Position numbers and translations under genes: made by a program
In this document: positions 50,676 through 64,000 of the stretch, piece after piece
Layout: every line of letters starts with the position of its first letter
Numbering within the stretch: the stretch's first letter is position 1
Origin: Botryllus schlosseri
Taxonomy: Eukaryota
Length of the DNA: 64,000 nt
Assembly: GCA_051294905.1 (NCBI GenBank)
Contig: CM119384.1
Span: forward strand, 4,402,001 to 4,466,000
Direction of reading: 5' to 3'
Notes under the pieces: model-generated
Database searches by the model: none
What the model was told of the DNA's origin: nothing
Seen by the model: the letters and a program-made list of their open reading frames with translations, nothing else

Positions 50676-51824
50676 CAGTGGTTCCCAACCTGTGGTACGC
50701 GTACCATTAGTGGTACACGAAGATCTTCCAGGTGGTACGCGAGTAGATTCTGTTTTTTTTTCGATCGAAGGGAGTTATTAGTTCAGGCGGGTTGATTTTG
50801 AGTTTTTTGAAGCCGTCGTCTCACGCTATTCCATGCTTCTAATTTTCCCGTTATACGTGAGAATGCGAGCAAGGATTTTCATCCCTAGTGACTATCAAGT
50901 CGAAGAAACGAAACCGACTTGTCGCGCCCATACATGACTTTCGATGCGCTGTGAGCAAACGTATATACCCCGTATCGACCAGCTAGTGGAAAATAAACAA
51001 ATGCAGCCATCGCATTAAATAAATTGACTTTTGTTGTGTGTTTTTATTTTATTATGTTGTTTTTCTTGTGACTCGTGGTGAAAAAACTATTCCATACATC
51101 CCATCAACCCTGGCTGATAATGCCTGGTTCAGGAGTGCTAAATTCAAATTGCATCGCGGGCCGGATCCAAGTCATGAAATCGCTCGCGGGCCGAACCACT
51201 CCACGGAATCCAAAATGTTGCCTCGTGCTATTGCTTCTCGCTGGAATACTTTATTATCAAGCATATTATCAAGCATATATAGATAATACACGGGTCGCAG
51301 GGGTTTCATTCAGGCGAGTCGCAACGCCATTATTTGCGAACAATGAAATTGGCGAAAATACGATGATTGTCCGGTTGAATACAGAAGATCCGCTAAAACA
51401 GTGCCATTACCGGCGATACAAGCAGACATATTTCTATGTTCCCTTTGCTTTAGTCATAATCTGGCGTTAGCCCTGCCTATGCGTTGTGATGAATACAAGA
51501 TATTTAACTGTCAACGCGGACGTTGTAATTTGGTTCATTACTGTGGATGTTATGGATAATATAATATTTTTCAATCTACTCAGAATTGCTTCGCGGGCAG
51601 GATAAAATCGTCTGGCGGGCCGGATCCGGCCCACGGGCCGAATGTTTGACACCCCTGGCCTAGTTTAATGGAATTTGTTACTACACCTCGCATAGGTCAA
51701 ACACGTGATTATGACGTCATAAATAGTGGAAACGCGCGTAACTTCTGTAGAATTTTAGGTGGTACGCGAGCACTGCATAAAACCTCGAAATGGTACGTGG
51801 GTGGGAAAAGGTTGGGAACCACTG
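50676..51824. mobile_element. Charlie-type hAT MITE containing a nested MITE (51130-51657)
   Basis: TIR cagtggttcccaacct/aggttgggaaccactg, perfect TSD GTCTAAAT. The inner element runs caggagtgctaaa..tttgacacccctg with TSD gcctggtt/gcctagtt. Confidence 0.85.
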
Positions 51825-52294
51825 GTCTAAATAATGACGTATTTGGTAAGGATGAAATTTTTCCTCATGTCACATACACGTTAAAATAGTTATTGCAGAA
51901 AATTGTCACAATACCAAAAAAAATGCAATTGATGGCGTACTTCGAAATTCTCTCGCGTATACCCCAGTTTGAGAACCCCTGGATATTAGAGTATACGATG
52001 TGAATTATTATGTGTAGCCAACAGCATCGATTTAGAATAACCCAATGGACACACGAAACGACATGACTTTACCGAAAACGTCTCTAACCAATGATAAAGC
52101 GGATTCCCTCCTTTCACTTCAGAATAGCGTGAACGCATAAATACATTTTCCATCACTGGGACCCTATTTTGAACCGGGCCCTTGATAATTCACTCCACCG
52201 CTACCGCTATATTTTTTTTATGTATGTGAACTCTCGATCATAAGAAATTCATTGCGAAAGGATTGAAGTAGTAAGGCATTCCCGGTGATGATGA

Positions 52295-55200
52295 TCACAA
52301 TTTAGTTGAATCCTTGAACTGATCACGTTCGCTCGTCAGTAACTTCTTGTCGATATGTCTTTTGGCCGCTATTTCCATTCCGATGAACACGATACCGATC
52401 CCAATGGTGGCGGCAGTAACGAGGTACATCTGCGAAAATATGTAGTTCTTGCTTTTACAAAAAGTAGATGTAGCCGATAACGCAAACTGATATATATTTC
52501 ATGGCGAGAAATGGTACGGTTGATATACAATATACATGTATGATCCGGATTATAGTACGGTAATATTTTATATATTTGTTTCGCATAAATAATATCTGTA
52601 GCTATATGCAAATGATGGAAGATATTGGGGTGGAAAATCTGACACCACATATCAATTGAGTATGTATTTCAGTCCCTCTTCGTTACGCGACTGGCTACAA
52701 CCATATAGGGTTACCATACGTCCCATTTTAAGGGGATTTGTCCTCTTTTTTTTTCGCAAAATTGAAAGTGTCCTCGGAGGACGCCTAAAATGTCCTCATT
52801 TTGGGGAATTTGTCCTCAGTCCAAGTATCAAAATGCCATGAAAAAGTCGACTTCTAGGCAGAAAATTGTAGAAAAGTGGGTAATGCGAGATTCGATCAAA
52901 CTTTTTTTTTAGTCAACACTCAAATTTTGGTAGAAAAAGTTTTCTTAGTCGGTACTAGACCTTTCAGAATTTTTGAAAAGTGTCCTCTTTTTCAGATCTC
53001 AGAATATGGTAACCCTATACAACCAACGGGTATGTTTGCTTTGCCGAGCATTCAAATGGATTTCCGATTCCTGTTTAGACCAGCACTCTCATTTCTATGA
53101 CTTTTATATTTTTGAATAAAAAAGACAGGCTCAAGCACTGCCTTACCACATAAAACGGAGATATTTCAAATATAACTCCAGCGGCAGGCAACGTCACCAT
53201 AGAATCCAATCCGGCGCTGAACATGAATACGAACATGTATTTCCCAGATATGTCGGTAACGCGGCTCGCCCATGTCACACCTACATTAATGTAAAATGAA
53301 ATGTAAACGAAATAATAAAAGGTTTCCACGGAGTGGAAAAACAACGCCGTGGATACTACCTTGCGTAACAATATTTCTTAGGCAACATATCCACGGAAAG
53401 CCACTCACTTACGAGACAGACATTCCTAATCAGATTTGGACGCCACGATAGTAAAATGGAACCGAAACCCAATCGAACAGCGCGTGCACAATATGTTGTG
53501 CAATGTGCAATTGTGCAAGCATCTATGAGTTGATATTGTCGTACGAAAAATGCTACTTGCCCGTTGGATAAAATATTGCGACGGACAGACCGAAAAACAG
53601 AGTAGAAATCCAAATAACCAATGGAATGTATTGACCGAATATGCTCATCACAACCTGCAGCAAGCAAAATGAAAAATACAGATATTGTATTGATTAGAAT
53701 AGGCTAATACTATTTTGAACGGTCAGGAATGACTCACCATAACACAGGTTCATACCCGCTCGTAAGAATTGTTCGAACGTACAAAAGTAGGGCTGGGCAC
53801 AATGATTCGAGTACTCGAATCTGAATCGAGTATTAATTTTAATGATCGAGTCGAGCAGTAAAAGACGATTTTTTCGAGTACTAAAATTATACGCTCTTCG
53901 CAACTGAAGGTTTATTTACTAACAAGAATTGTAGTTTTGATACTATTTTCCACTGAGGGTGAGGATGCCTTGAAACCTTGATATGCCGTGTCGCAGCATA
54001 CGAGACATGGTACAAAGCTACGAATGTTACTGGAAATAACATATTTCCGATGTCATTTTCATCCCAAAACATTGTCAAGAAGTGCAATGAAATCGGTATG
54101 GTCGAAAAATACCAACGTATCTTAAATCTGGCGGATGACAGGCATTATCTTCTTTGTGGTGACATAAAAGGTGAATATTTGAATTTAAACATAGTACATT
54201 CTGTTGTGACGTCATAATGAGTGATACTCGAATACTCGACTCGAAGCGTAATACTCGATTTTGCGCAGCACTATACACAACCATACAACTACACAACTGC
54301 ACAGTACACATAGGCCCACTGACCAGTAAACAAAGAGAAGTCGGAGTTCACTGAATGGCCATTTGAGTGTAATTATTAAGTTCAGATATATGAGGAATAT
54401 TCGGAAGTAATCCGAGCCATAGCGGCATAGACCCAGCATTATAAAGACGATTCATGATGAATGTGATTCAGAAAGCAATACCATCGCCGCGACAATGAGC
54501 AATATTCCATATGTAATAATTGTCCTTGGCTTGAAATAGTTAGAATATACAATTGCAGCCAGCCTTGAAATGGTGTAACCGGCCCAAAAGACAAAGTTAA
54601 GCCTCCCTGCTTGAGTAACCTGCAAATACAACACGTTGTTCGGAAATTCAATTACGCGTATAAAGTGTATTACGTCATGCTCACGGTGAATCCAATATCC
54701 ATGCAATACGCTACTGCGTAGATATAATTGGCATATGTTGCCTCTAGGGCGTCGTTTAAAAAGTAAAAAGCCCCCAATAAGACAATTATTGGCCACACAT
54801 CCTTGATGGGTTCTTCATTTAGGCCGCCCTGACTGTCACCGCCTTTCATTTGAATGCGGCCGACGAGCCCAACAACCCAGAAGTAGAAATGGGGCAGTGA
54901 AGCGATCACCGAGAAGACTCCCACGATTAGATAACTCCATGCTACTGGATTGACATACTCTGGAAGATGAAAACACATCAACATTTCTGAACAGGGACTT
55001 TAAAAATGGGGAATAGGCTATCTTGCAAGGCACGTTACATTAATGTGCGTACAACCCGACACTACACTGTGCTTCCCAAAGTAATCCTAGGATGTCCAAT
55101 GTCCACGTCCAATTGTCCATTCTCCATACATATGAACTAAACAAAAGAGAATAAGAAAAAGTCTGCAGGAAGCTATAGCATCTAGATTGACGACCGACAA

Positions 55201-58200
55201 GATACCCGCAACTTCATAGGAGTAGCCACGGGTGCCCCAACCTCCCTCCAAGTTTTCGGATTGGGCATTGTTACGTCATATGTTTTATTTACGTCACAAT
55301 TGATACGTTACGCAGAGTCATTGTCAAAACAATTTCGCACTTTCCCTCCCTCCCTTTATCGATCCCTCAAAAATTTTCATCATGGATGGATGCGCCTATG
55401 CGCCCCTCCTTCAAGATTGACAATAAATATATCGGATTTTTATGTACCATTTACCAGTTTCATATGCAGCTGTTGTTGTGCCATTACTATACAATTCCGT
55501 TAGCACCGTTGGCGAAATGATGGTTGTTTCAATACCGGAAGGTACACAACCGGGATCCGAGTCTCCAGCCTGATTGGCCGCTTCCAAAAAAGGAGTAGCT
55601 AGAAGAAAGTAATGCGAAATTAGACATAGCGAAACGGTTTATGTTCTCGCAACCTATTTGCAAAGCCGAAATACAAATACATAACTGAGCGTGTATCTGT
55701 ATATAACTACCCAAAAATATTACGCACCTATCAATGGAGTCACCAAACCTCCAAAACTTATACCAAAATGAAACGATTGAATGAATGGTCCAACACTGTC
55801 CTCGTCCCAAATTCTCAAGTAAAGCGTTTGCATGGCTGAGAAAATCAGATACCGATCAGAGATTACGCAAATCCTACTGGGATATAGGCTTATTGCACCT
55901 GCATCTGTGTAGGAAAACATGAAACCAGACACAAAATTTGAGGCTAAAAAACCGGCGAAGGTGTTGTACCAAGGCGTTAGACTTGTCATCAGTCCAAGCA
56001 GTAATGATCCGGGACCTGGTAGCAATATACAAGCATAGTAATTAGGTGCGGAAGAGTCTATTTATTATGCGCAACGCGCATATATACCAAACTGGATCTG
56101 ATTGCGATTGTGAGTTTCAGACATTGTGATAATAATAACATTCTACAAAATTGTGGGCGTACAAGCCGCCTCTATAATAAGTACAAATTTGAGGGATATA
56201 AAATTTTGTGCTGGATTAAAAACGAATAAATGTTTCGTATATAGGACAGTCCAGGTTCAACACATATTTCATGGATTGCCCAAATGAACAAAAACCGATA
56301 TCATTAATGAACTAAATGCGTATACAATACATACCGATGGCGGATAAGGGATTGAAATTCTTGAATTTATATATTATGAAAGAGTACGCTGCAGCTCCAA
56401 TCATCATTCCTAGTGATCTCAATGTAAACATGAGTGACACTCGAGATACATCCACTGAATACAGTTCGGTGAGGTACAGCAGCGTTGGTCCGGCAATCGA
56501 AAGGTACATTCCCTAGAAAATGCCTTGAATGTAAATGAATACTTTATGATATTTGTATGGAGATGATGATATCTGGTCTGCGTAAAACTTATTTCGATGT
56601 TATATAATACGTCATTCTTCATTACACTACAGACGCAATGGTCACCAAACTATCGCGCGCACGACAATCAACTGATGCAGTCAGTCGTGTGTTTCCTCGC
56701 GGAGAGAATATATTTATGTTGTTTATGGTTAGGAAGAATATGTTTATCGAAAGATAATTTAGAATTTTCTGACATTCTTGATACTATGCCATGTAGGCTG
56801 TGTCCCATGTTTCGACATTAATTAAAAGATGCTCACTTCTCAGAGGCGAAGAACTTAGTAGTAGTCCATTTCTAAATTTACCTATAATCTAGGGTTACCA
56901 TATAGTTTGGAAATCTAAAAAGAGGACACTTTTTCAGAAATTTGAGACTTGCAAAACCGGAGAAGAATTCTCAAAAATCGCTGAATTTTTCCCACTTTGT
57001 GATCGGTTGACTGGAAAATAAAAATAAAAAAAAAATAAAAAAAGGTCAACTTTCACGCTCAGAGCCCAAAATACCGTTTCTTCCTCCACATTGCCGGGTG
57101 GTTGACTAAAAATAAAAAAGGTCAACTTTTCGCCCAACCGGAGCGTCACTTCTGTGCTAATTTACGGCATATCACTCGCATTTTGCTCTAAATATGACCT
57201 AAATTTTCAAAAAAGAGGACAAAATATCAAAAAAGAGGACAAAAGGGCGTCCTCCGAGGACACTTCACACACACCTCACTCAGCTCTACCTGTAAATCTG
57301 ATTACGTGAGCAGAGAGAGGATAAAATTGATAGCAATATGTATGCAATTCCCGATCATATTGACCGATTCAATCATAACTTATAGAACTTCGCGCGTGCA
57401 GGCGAGAAAGGCTGAGTCAGCTAACGGCCCCCAAGATGATAAGCAGCGATAAACAGTGCCCAACCAGAAGTTTGGTTTATCATCATATGGGGGGCCCAAG
57501 ACCAACGTTTTTTTGGGGGTGGGGGTGGGGTGGGGGGCTGACGAAGTGCTGTTACGGCCCTGGTTGTATAAACCACCATTTTAAACAAAGGCCCCATAGT
57601 TGTGTAAATACTTGAAAAAACATGAAGTATGAGCCTACTGACGATTTACATCCGATATAGCCGACGTATACGATATGAAATGGTTGGAGCTCAGAAATAG
57701 TCGGCTCAACAGCTATATTACGTATAGTTGCGTGTCTTATATCGCATTGTACATTGTGTCTGTCTTGTACGGATGAAAATATAATATGACGAAGATCGAA
57801 TATTGATATTGATAGATCATTGGTACCGAAGGAATGTTCTAATGATGATGACTGCCGACCGTAAAAATGCTGCATTACAATGTCGCATTGGTTAAGAATA
57901 TTTCTGGTCCGTATATGACAGGGGTTGGCTTGGAAGCCTATTTCGTCAAATGAGCTATATTTATCCTATACTCTATTTTCAATTGACAATCGACTTATGA
58001 CGTCACAATTGAATACTCGTGACGTAATGACTTGAAGAAGAAAAAACAACAACAACAACAACAACAACAACAAATAAACCTGTTTGAAATTGATTTTGCT
58101 GTAAATGCAACCCTAGCTATAGTCGGCTGTAGTCTATTTTCCTTATTTTCATGTCTTCATGCATTGTCCACAAAAGCTTAATCCTCCGGGTACGATCCCT

Positions 58201-58413
58201 GCTTCAGTAAGTGGTGATGATCAATCGATGCAAGTAGCCTACGCTCATTAAACAATGCACTGCTCACTGCATATGGTGCATGTGAATATTGATCAGTGCA
58301 TCATTATTATATATAATAATGATATAAAATGAGCCACTCTAACTCACCTGGCCAATTCTCACCAGAGTTACTGATATCACGAAGAAAATTTTCCATAACT
58401 TTTCAGCGTCCAT
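52295..58413 (-). CDS. MFSD4: MFSD4/NaGLT1-family MFS transporter, paralogue B, 10 exons, 462 aa
   Basis: Exons 58413-58348, 56512-56335, 56015-55899, 55835-55728, 55598-55455, 54959-54685, 54619-54482, 53654-53561 (GC donor), 53280-53147, 52429-52295 (1389 nt). Intron positions are identical to paralogue A. Family-level call only. Confidence 0.85.
52706..53017. mobile_element. hAT MITE (tagggttaccata family, gaggac/gtcctc repeats)
   Basis: TIR tagggttaccata/tatggtaacccta, with tacaacca on both flanks (offset by 2 nt on the left). Partial copies at ~18125, 27170, 34480, 56891 and 63014. Confidence 0.75.
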
Positions 58414-59832
58414 TACCAAGTCACAGCCAACTCCCAGAGGTCAGCTGGCGGCCTCTATATCGCAAGTCAGTGTGGTGGACTTATGTACCCAATCCGCCAA
58501 CTAAACATTTGCTTTACGGTGCGTGAGCGCGTTGATATCGATGAATGGACCGAAGTTGTAACTGTTATTTCAGACTGTCGCATATTACTCCGTCGATGAG
58601 AAAACCAATCAACATCAAAATGCTTCACTGTGCGTGTGCATAGTCAGCATACGCAATCTTCCGATGAGGCAACGCCGAATATTGTGAACAACTGAACAGT
58701 GAACAATTGAACAATGAACATGCGTCCGGCTACGCCACCAAGGGTCAAGCTAAAGCTTGCATATTATGCACAATGCACGATTTTGAGTACTGCAACTGTG
58801 AAATAGAGACGATATTCATAACCAGGGTCGACAACCTTTCCTGATCTTCGGATCGCGGTTTCGAAATGAATTGATATAGCCAACCGCTCAACCGGCAGTA
58901 ACACATATGTTCCCAAAGAGAGACTGCCATGTAAGTTTTTTCAATTTTGATTTTGACCACTATGTAAAATTATATGAACTTTTCGCGGACCAACGAAGTT
59001 CTCGTGGACCGGCACAAACCAACAGCCCTGTTCTAAACAATTGTAGAGTAGGCTACTCATCATCCTTATTTATTATTATTTAATTAAATCAATACGCCAG
59101 ATGATTGCGATATAATGAAACGAGAGGTGGGTGCGGGTGCCGAAACGACTTGGCGTAGTCTTTTAATCAGACACCCACACCTAGCACAGGGGTGGCCAAA
59201 CTGCGGCCGTACAAGGAAATTTGCATGGCCGTGGATACGTAATTCAATTAGTATGTGTCAGCGGCCGTCAACATGCAATTTAAATTTACGAATTGACTCC
59301 CGATTTCTTGAGATGATTTTAACTGATCTTTAAATTTTCATCGCGTAGCGTGCGATTCAATGTGACGTCATTTTTGGATTTCAATATGTAGTAAAGGCCT
59401 TTCGCAGAAGGTTGGACACTATTTGGCTACTATTAATTCATAAACTAGGCTAGTATGGTACACATAATACAATACATTCGGTGGTCATTATTTCCATCCG
59501 CTCAAGACACACAATGCGTATCGTGTACGTACAACGCAAGACACGATGTAATGAACACGAAGATGTCGACACCACGACGTACGGCCCATCATTTTGTTTC
59601 GTTGTAGTTGGTCGCGGATCATTATCATTTCGCATATAATGCTACAGCAGTAGGCCTACAATACATTCATTGATAAGAATATTCGTCCTGAAAGTTCAGG
59701 CAGGAGCTCGCATGCTTCAATGCACGCAAAACAACACCGCATCACGTGAGTCACATATTTCACATATCAATGATATCACATTGGCTCAACCTGTTTTAAA
59801 TCTTATGTTCAGTTTCGGTGCAGGATTACGAC

Positions 59833-62800
59833 ATGGCATGTCTTGATCAAGACGATACGGGCAAACCAAAAAAAATGAGAAGATCCAAGAAAGGACGGAA
59901 AGATGAAGAATTGACATCAACTGCAACGACGATGAACGGTTCAAACGAAACGAAACGAAAGAAAAAACGGAAGACCAGTGTGTCCGAATCTGATGATGAA
60001 ATATGTTCCAAGAAATTAAAAGAAGACAACGCTACAGAAAAGCAGTCAAAAATAGACCATTGTCTTCCAGATCCCGCTACTGAGAATATGAAGTCATCAA
60101 CTGACGAAGCCAAGGTTAAGCGTAAAAATAAAAAGAAGAAAACGGTAACTTCTGAACCATCCGAGAATAAGGAAAAACATCTGAAACGAAAAGCGCGAGA
60201 TAGCGCCGTAGAAGAGTTAGATGTTACCAATCAATTAGTGGATTCTGATCACGCTAATGATGCACCAGTTATGCTCAAAAAGAAGAAAAAATCATCAAAG
60301 AAACATCGTGAGGAGACCAAGGAAAATGAAGAAACACCCATAATAGCTGAAAAGAAGCGGCTCGGCAAAAAGACAATTTTCAAATCTGAGAATACTGTTA
60401 CAGAAACCGACTCTGCTGATATAAATTCATCGCTGCCAGATGCAGTCAGTGATGAGAGTTGCGAAGATACAAATATGAAAAAAAAATTGAAGAAAAGGAA
60501 ATCAAAGATTAAAGAAACGTCTGATGATACGGTACTTTTAACGCCGCCGGAAAGCATTCCAAAGAAAAAGAAAAAAAAGCGTAAGGTCACCGAACCGGAC
60601 TCAAATTCAACAACCCTAGAGGAACCTGTGTCGTGTGATGTTGAAAGTGTCGGCGACGTCGCCATTAATCAGGTGAAGGAAAAAAAGAAAAAATCAAGTT
60701 TGTATTGTTTGCTTTGCTTTATGATATCTCATTGTAATATTTAATGACCTTGCACCAATTCATAACTAAATCTTTTCCGTTTTTCGGCGTCGATGGCAAC
60801 GCAGTTGACATCAGGACTCAGGAGCACCACCATTTTATCAATAATTGCATGATCAGTAGCCATACTGTAAGATATGACTCATAAACAGGACATTGTGTGG
60901 CTCAATAGCAAATCCATCACTAGAGCAAGTTTTTGAAACTTTTGCAACTCTTTTTTACAGCTTCCGGCAGCTTCCTAAATACTCAAAAGTCATGTAGTGT
61001 GGTGTTTTAAGCTGTTTGGAGGAATCTTGTATTGCAACTTTTCTCCATATTTGTCTTGCCACTTCTTCGATTTTTCATGCCACTTTTTTTCGATTTTTCT
61101 TGCAACTAACTTTTTACTAGAAATATTGGACACTATATGTAAATATATGATATAATAATATATAAATATATTGCTAAATATATAATATAATATAATAATA
61201 TATATATATATAATATAAATATATTGCTCGATTATTTAACTGTCGTTTAAATTTTAGGTCCTTTCTGATTAGACTTATATTCATGTCAATTACAATTATA
61301 TTTTCATTGGGTCAACTTTTTCAGGCTATTGATTTTGTTGAAGTTGCAAATACAGACTTTTGCTACAGTACCTTGCATACGGATCGATCCGAGTATCTCA
61401 TACCCAAATAATTTCACGGAACTTCTCCATAAATGCAACTTTTTACTGCAACTTTTGTGAAAAATGAATGCAACTTTCCGCGGATTTGACTGCAACAAAA
61501 ACTTGCCCGAGTTTTTAGCAATGCTGAGCATGGGGACAGCCAAGACCCAAGTATTAACCGGAAATAAACTATTGCTTGTTCAACATGATCTAAAATAATT
61601 TTGCATGTGTCTACCGTGAATATGATGTACGGTAACGTGTTGAGCGCTACTTCAAAGAATTCTCGTTTTTGTTATGGCGGCTGTGGTGTGAAGAATAATT
61701 CAAAAATCATCAAGTGTACAAATTGAATACTCGTAAAACTTGACTTACAAATTTACTCCAATTATTGTGCCTGGCCTTACTAACTCAACAGTACATTGAC
61801 ATAAAGAGAAAATTTGTCACCGAAGTGATCTAGTTGTTTTTATCATTGTGGTTTGTTAGCAAATCAGCTGACATGCATCCATGGTCTTGACAGTGTCTCT
61901 GCACCATTGTGTTTTCTATTCACATTGCTAGCCATCTCAGCTCAAATCAAGCTGGATAACGTTAATCGATGTATAATTTTCTACGCCACCACCAATTCTC
62001 CCTTGGTATTTGGCATTCAAGATGTAACTTTACTATAAACCACACTACTTAGTTGTAATAATTGGCACATCTTGGTGGGTACCGTAATCCTAATCGTTAA
62101 AAGCGAACTTTGAACTTCTTATTGCCACAATTCAGAACCTGCTATGTCCCGTCTACCTGTCAAATTCAGATGGTCTGACGGTAATGAGTGGAAGTGAGCA
62201 TGTGCCATTCTGAAATATCGGTAGCGATTTTATCAAACTTGAAACTCGCGAGTTGGTGAAGATTGAGTGTCACAGAATATGGATGATTTCGTTAAAGCTT
62301 CCAACAACAGCTTTGCTTGCACAAATCTCAATCACTGCATTTATTCCTTCTCTGGTATGTACCACATCCATCATACGCTCCAAAATGTTTCACAGAAAAA
62401 AAGAAGCGAGATGAAGATCATCTCGACAAAGTCCCTGCCGATGCTGCTGGTCCTGATGGCGACAGCCTTGGACAATGGCAAACAGCGGAGCTCTCCTCCA
62501 AATCAAAAGAGAAGTTCGCACGACTGCTAGGGGCAAGGAAATCACGCAAAACCGCTTCGCCTCTTGTTAACTTGAAAGATGGAGAGAGTGTTCTGAGCAA
62601 ACTGTCTGGTGTTTGGAAGCCTCCGCCCGAGAGGACAATGTTTTGGTCTGCGTTATCCGGAGGGAAGAAGTTCTCTTCTATGGCAATGGACCGCGAGGAA
62701 ACTGCCAAGCTCAATCAGTCTCTAGAGACCCAGTACACCAAAACATTGGATTTTAATTTACAAAAGCGAAAGGAGGGAAACAAAGCCAAGGGACTCGGTT

Positions 62801-62874
62801 TTCAGGAAGACCCGGCGAAAGGGAAGAAGCACTATATTGACATTAATAAGGTTAATTCTGTTGCGCTCGAGTGA
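59833..62874 (+). CDS. KNOP1: Lysine-rich nucleolar protein 1-like (SMAP domain), 2 exons, ~447 aa
   Basis: Exon 59833-60697 has many KKKKK tracts and a phase-1 donor gtttgt. Exon 62396-62874 has GQWQTAEL..KSKEKFARLLGARK, LNQSLETQY.K.L and KGLGF, typical of the small-acidic-protein C-terminal domain. Confidence 0.75.
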
Positions 62875-63244
62875 GAATCACTGGCGTGTCAAATAAAAAT
62901 GGTTTTATCAAAACGCGATCGTTAGTACCTGTGGGAGGTGTTGGGTGGAAGGTCTTTGTCGCTGACATGGCCTGATTTTGGAACTTTATAATCATGAACT
63001 AAAGTGTCAGAAATAGGGTTACCATACGTCCGCCTCAAGAAATAAAAAATTTCCAAGGATGGCCAAATGCTCTGAATAGCTTCGAGAGCTAGGTGATCGC
63101 ACACCGAAGATGGCATAAATGACACAAAACATGGATTTTGACGGCAGTGTTGACTAAAAATAGGTTCAACGCAAACTCATTCTTATGTGGTAACGTGTCT
63201 TTTGGGGAGCAGACTTGGTAATATTTCATCGGCTATTATATTCC

Positions 63245-63390
63245 TTGGTACATATTTTAACCTTCCACATGATCCATAATCTCATAACGCCATTATGAAC
63301 ACGATACTCCAAGCCTCGATTGGTACATATTTTAACCTTCCACATGATCCATTATACCGCCATTATGAACACGATACTCCAAGCCTTGAT
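63245..63390. repeat. ~70-76-bp tandem duplication
   Basis: ttggtacatattttaaccttccacatgatcca..cgccattatgaacacgatactccaagcct occurs twice. Confidence 0.8.
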
Positions 63391-63593
63391 TTTCTTATCC
63401 CCCTAGTCCTAATATACCTAATGCATGTGGTGACGTTACTAAATACCTATAAGCTTCAATTCTATTAATCCTAGTCCCAACATAGCTAATAATGTGCACG
63501 ATGACATTGCTTCCAAGCTTCGATTTACCTGACCCTAGTCCTAATATAGCCAATGCTTTCGATCACATTGCTTAATACGCAAGTGTCCCTTAC

Positions 63594-63733
63594 TGCTTCT
63601 GCAGTTGCGCAAGTCAAAAGCCATGCAATGGTTGCACTTGGACAAATCAAGGAAACATCGTTTTCGCCAAATGTTATCCAGTTACATGTATAACTTTCCT
63701 CGTCCCTGCCACACTGGTTCAAGAATCCCTCTT
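63594..63733 (-). CDS. Possible internal exon of a gene running off the window edge
   Basis: cag/ acceptor and /gtaagg donor bound an open frame, EGFLNQCGRDEESYTCNWITFGENDVSLICPSATIAWLLTCATAEA. Neighbouring exons could not be joined in phase. Confidence 0.25.
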
Positions 63734-64000
63734 CTGTGTAGAAAATCGATATTCAACACAAGTTTACACAATAAGGTAGGTATGCTATTTGCGGTGCATT
63801 TTGGCATTCAATTAAACTAGGAATAGTAAAGAATAAATTGCCCTAATTGTATGGAAAAGTATTATTTTACTATAAGCATAAATGGAAACAAAGGAACCAT
63901 TACATTGACAAAATCATGACACATATCAAGTCATTTTCAAACGTAGAACCATTTTTCAGCTTTCTCATCAGTGATATCGGCAGCTGGTCCTTTTCCGGGA

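Noticed and set aside
59847-60665. Phe/Ser-rich minus-strand ORFs resembling membrane proteins
   Set aside because: They are antisense shadows of the lysine-rich KNOP1-like exon. The same applies to ORFs opposite SSR1, HES exon 3 and PAM16.
62922-63010. Possible last exon (VHDYKVPKSGHVSDKDLPPNTSHRY*) of a minus-strand gene convergent with KNOP1
   Set aside because: It could not be joined in phase to the candidate exon at 63594-63733, and it abuts a MITE end.

Overview
AT-rich, MITE-dense animal genomic DNA, not prokaryotic. It has spliceosomal introns of about 60-70 nt. Intronless housekeeping genes packed on one strand suggest a tunicate/ascidian (inference). Genes I could reconstruct: ERCC1 (+, one exon); a 12-exon WD40 protein ending in a CaaX box (-); PAM16 and SSR1/TRAP-alpha (-, one exon each); a 3-exon HES/hairy gene (+) with a non-terminal WRPW; two intact tandem 10-exon MFSD4-family transporter paralogues (-); and a 2-exon KNOP1-like gene (+). 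Mobile DNA includes a 5.5-kb near-intact hAT transposon inserted exactly on a splice donor and carrying nested MITEs, plus many hAT MITEs with 8-bp TSDs. There is also a Kolobok-like element, L2-like LINE 3' ends and a tRNA-derived SINE. The most unusual signal is two unrelated foldback elements within 1.5 kb that both have the same 7-bp TSD, GTGTAAT; one of them splits the A-box of the SINE. All exon joins and translations were done by hand, with no database searches.
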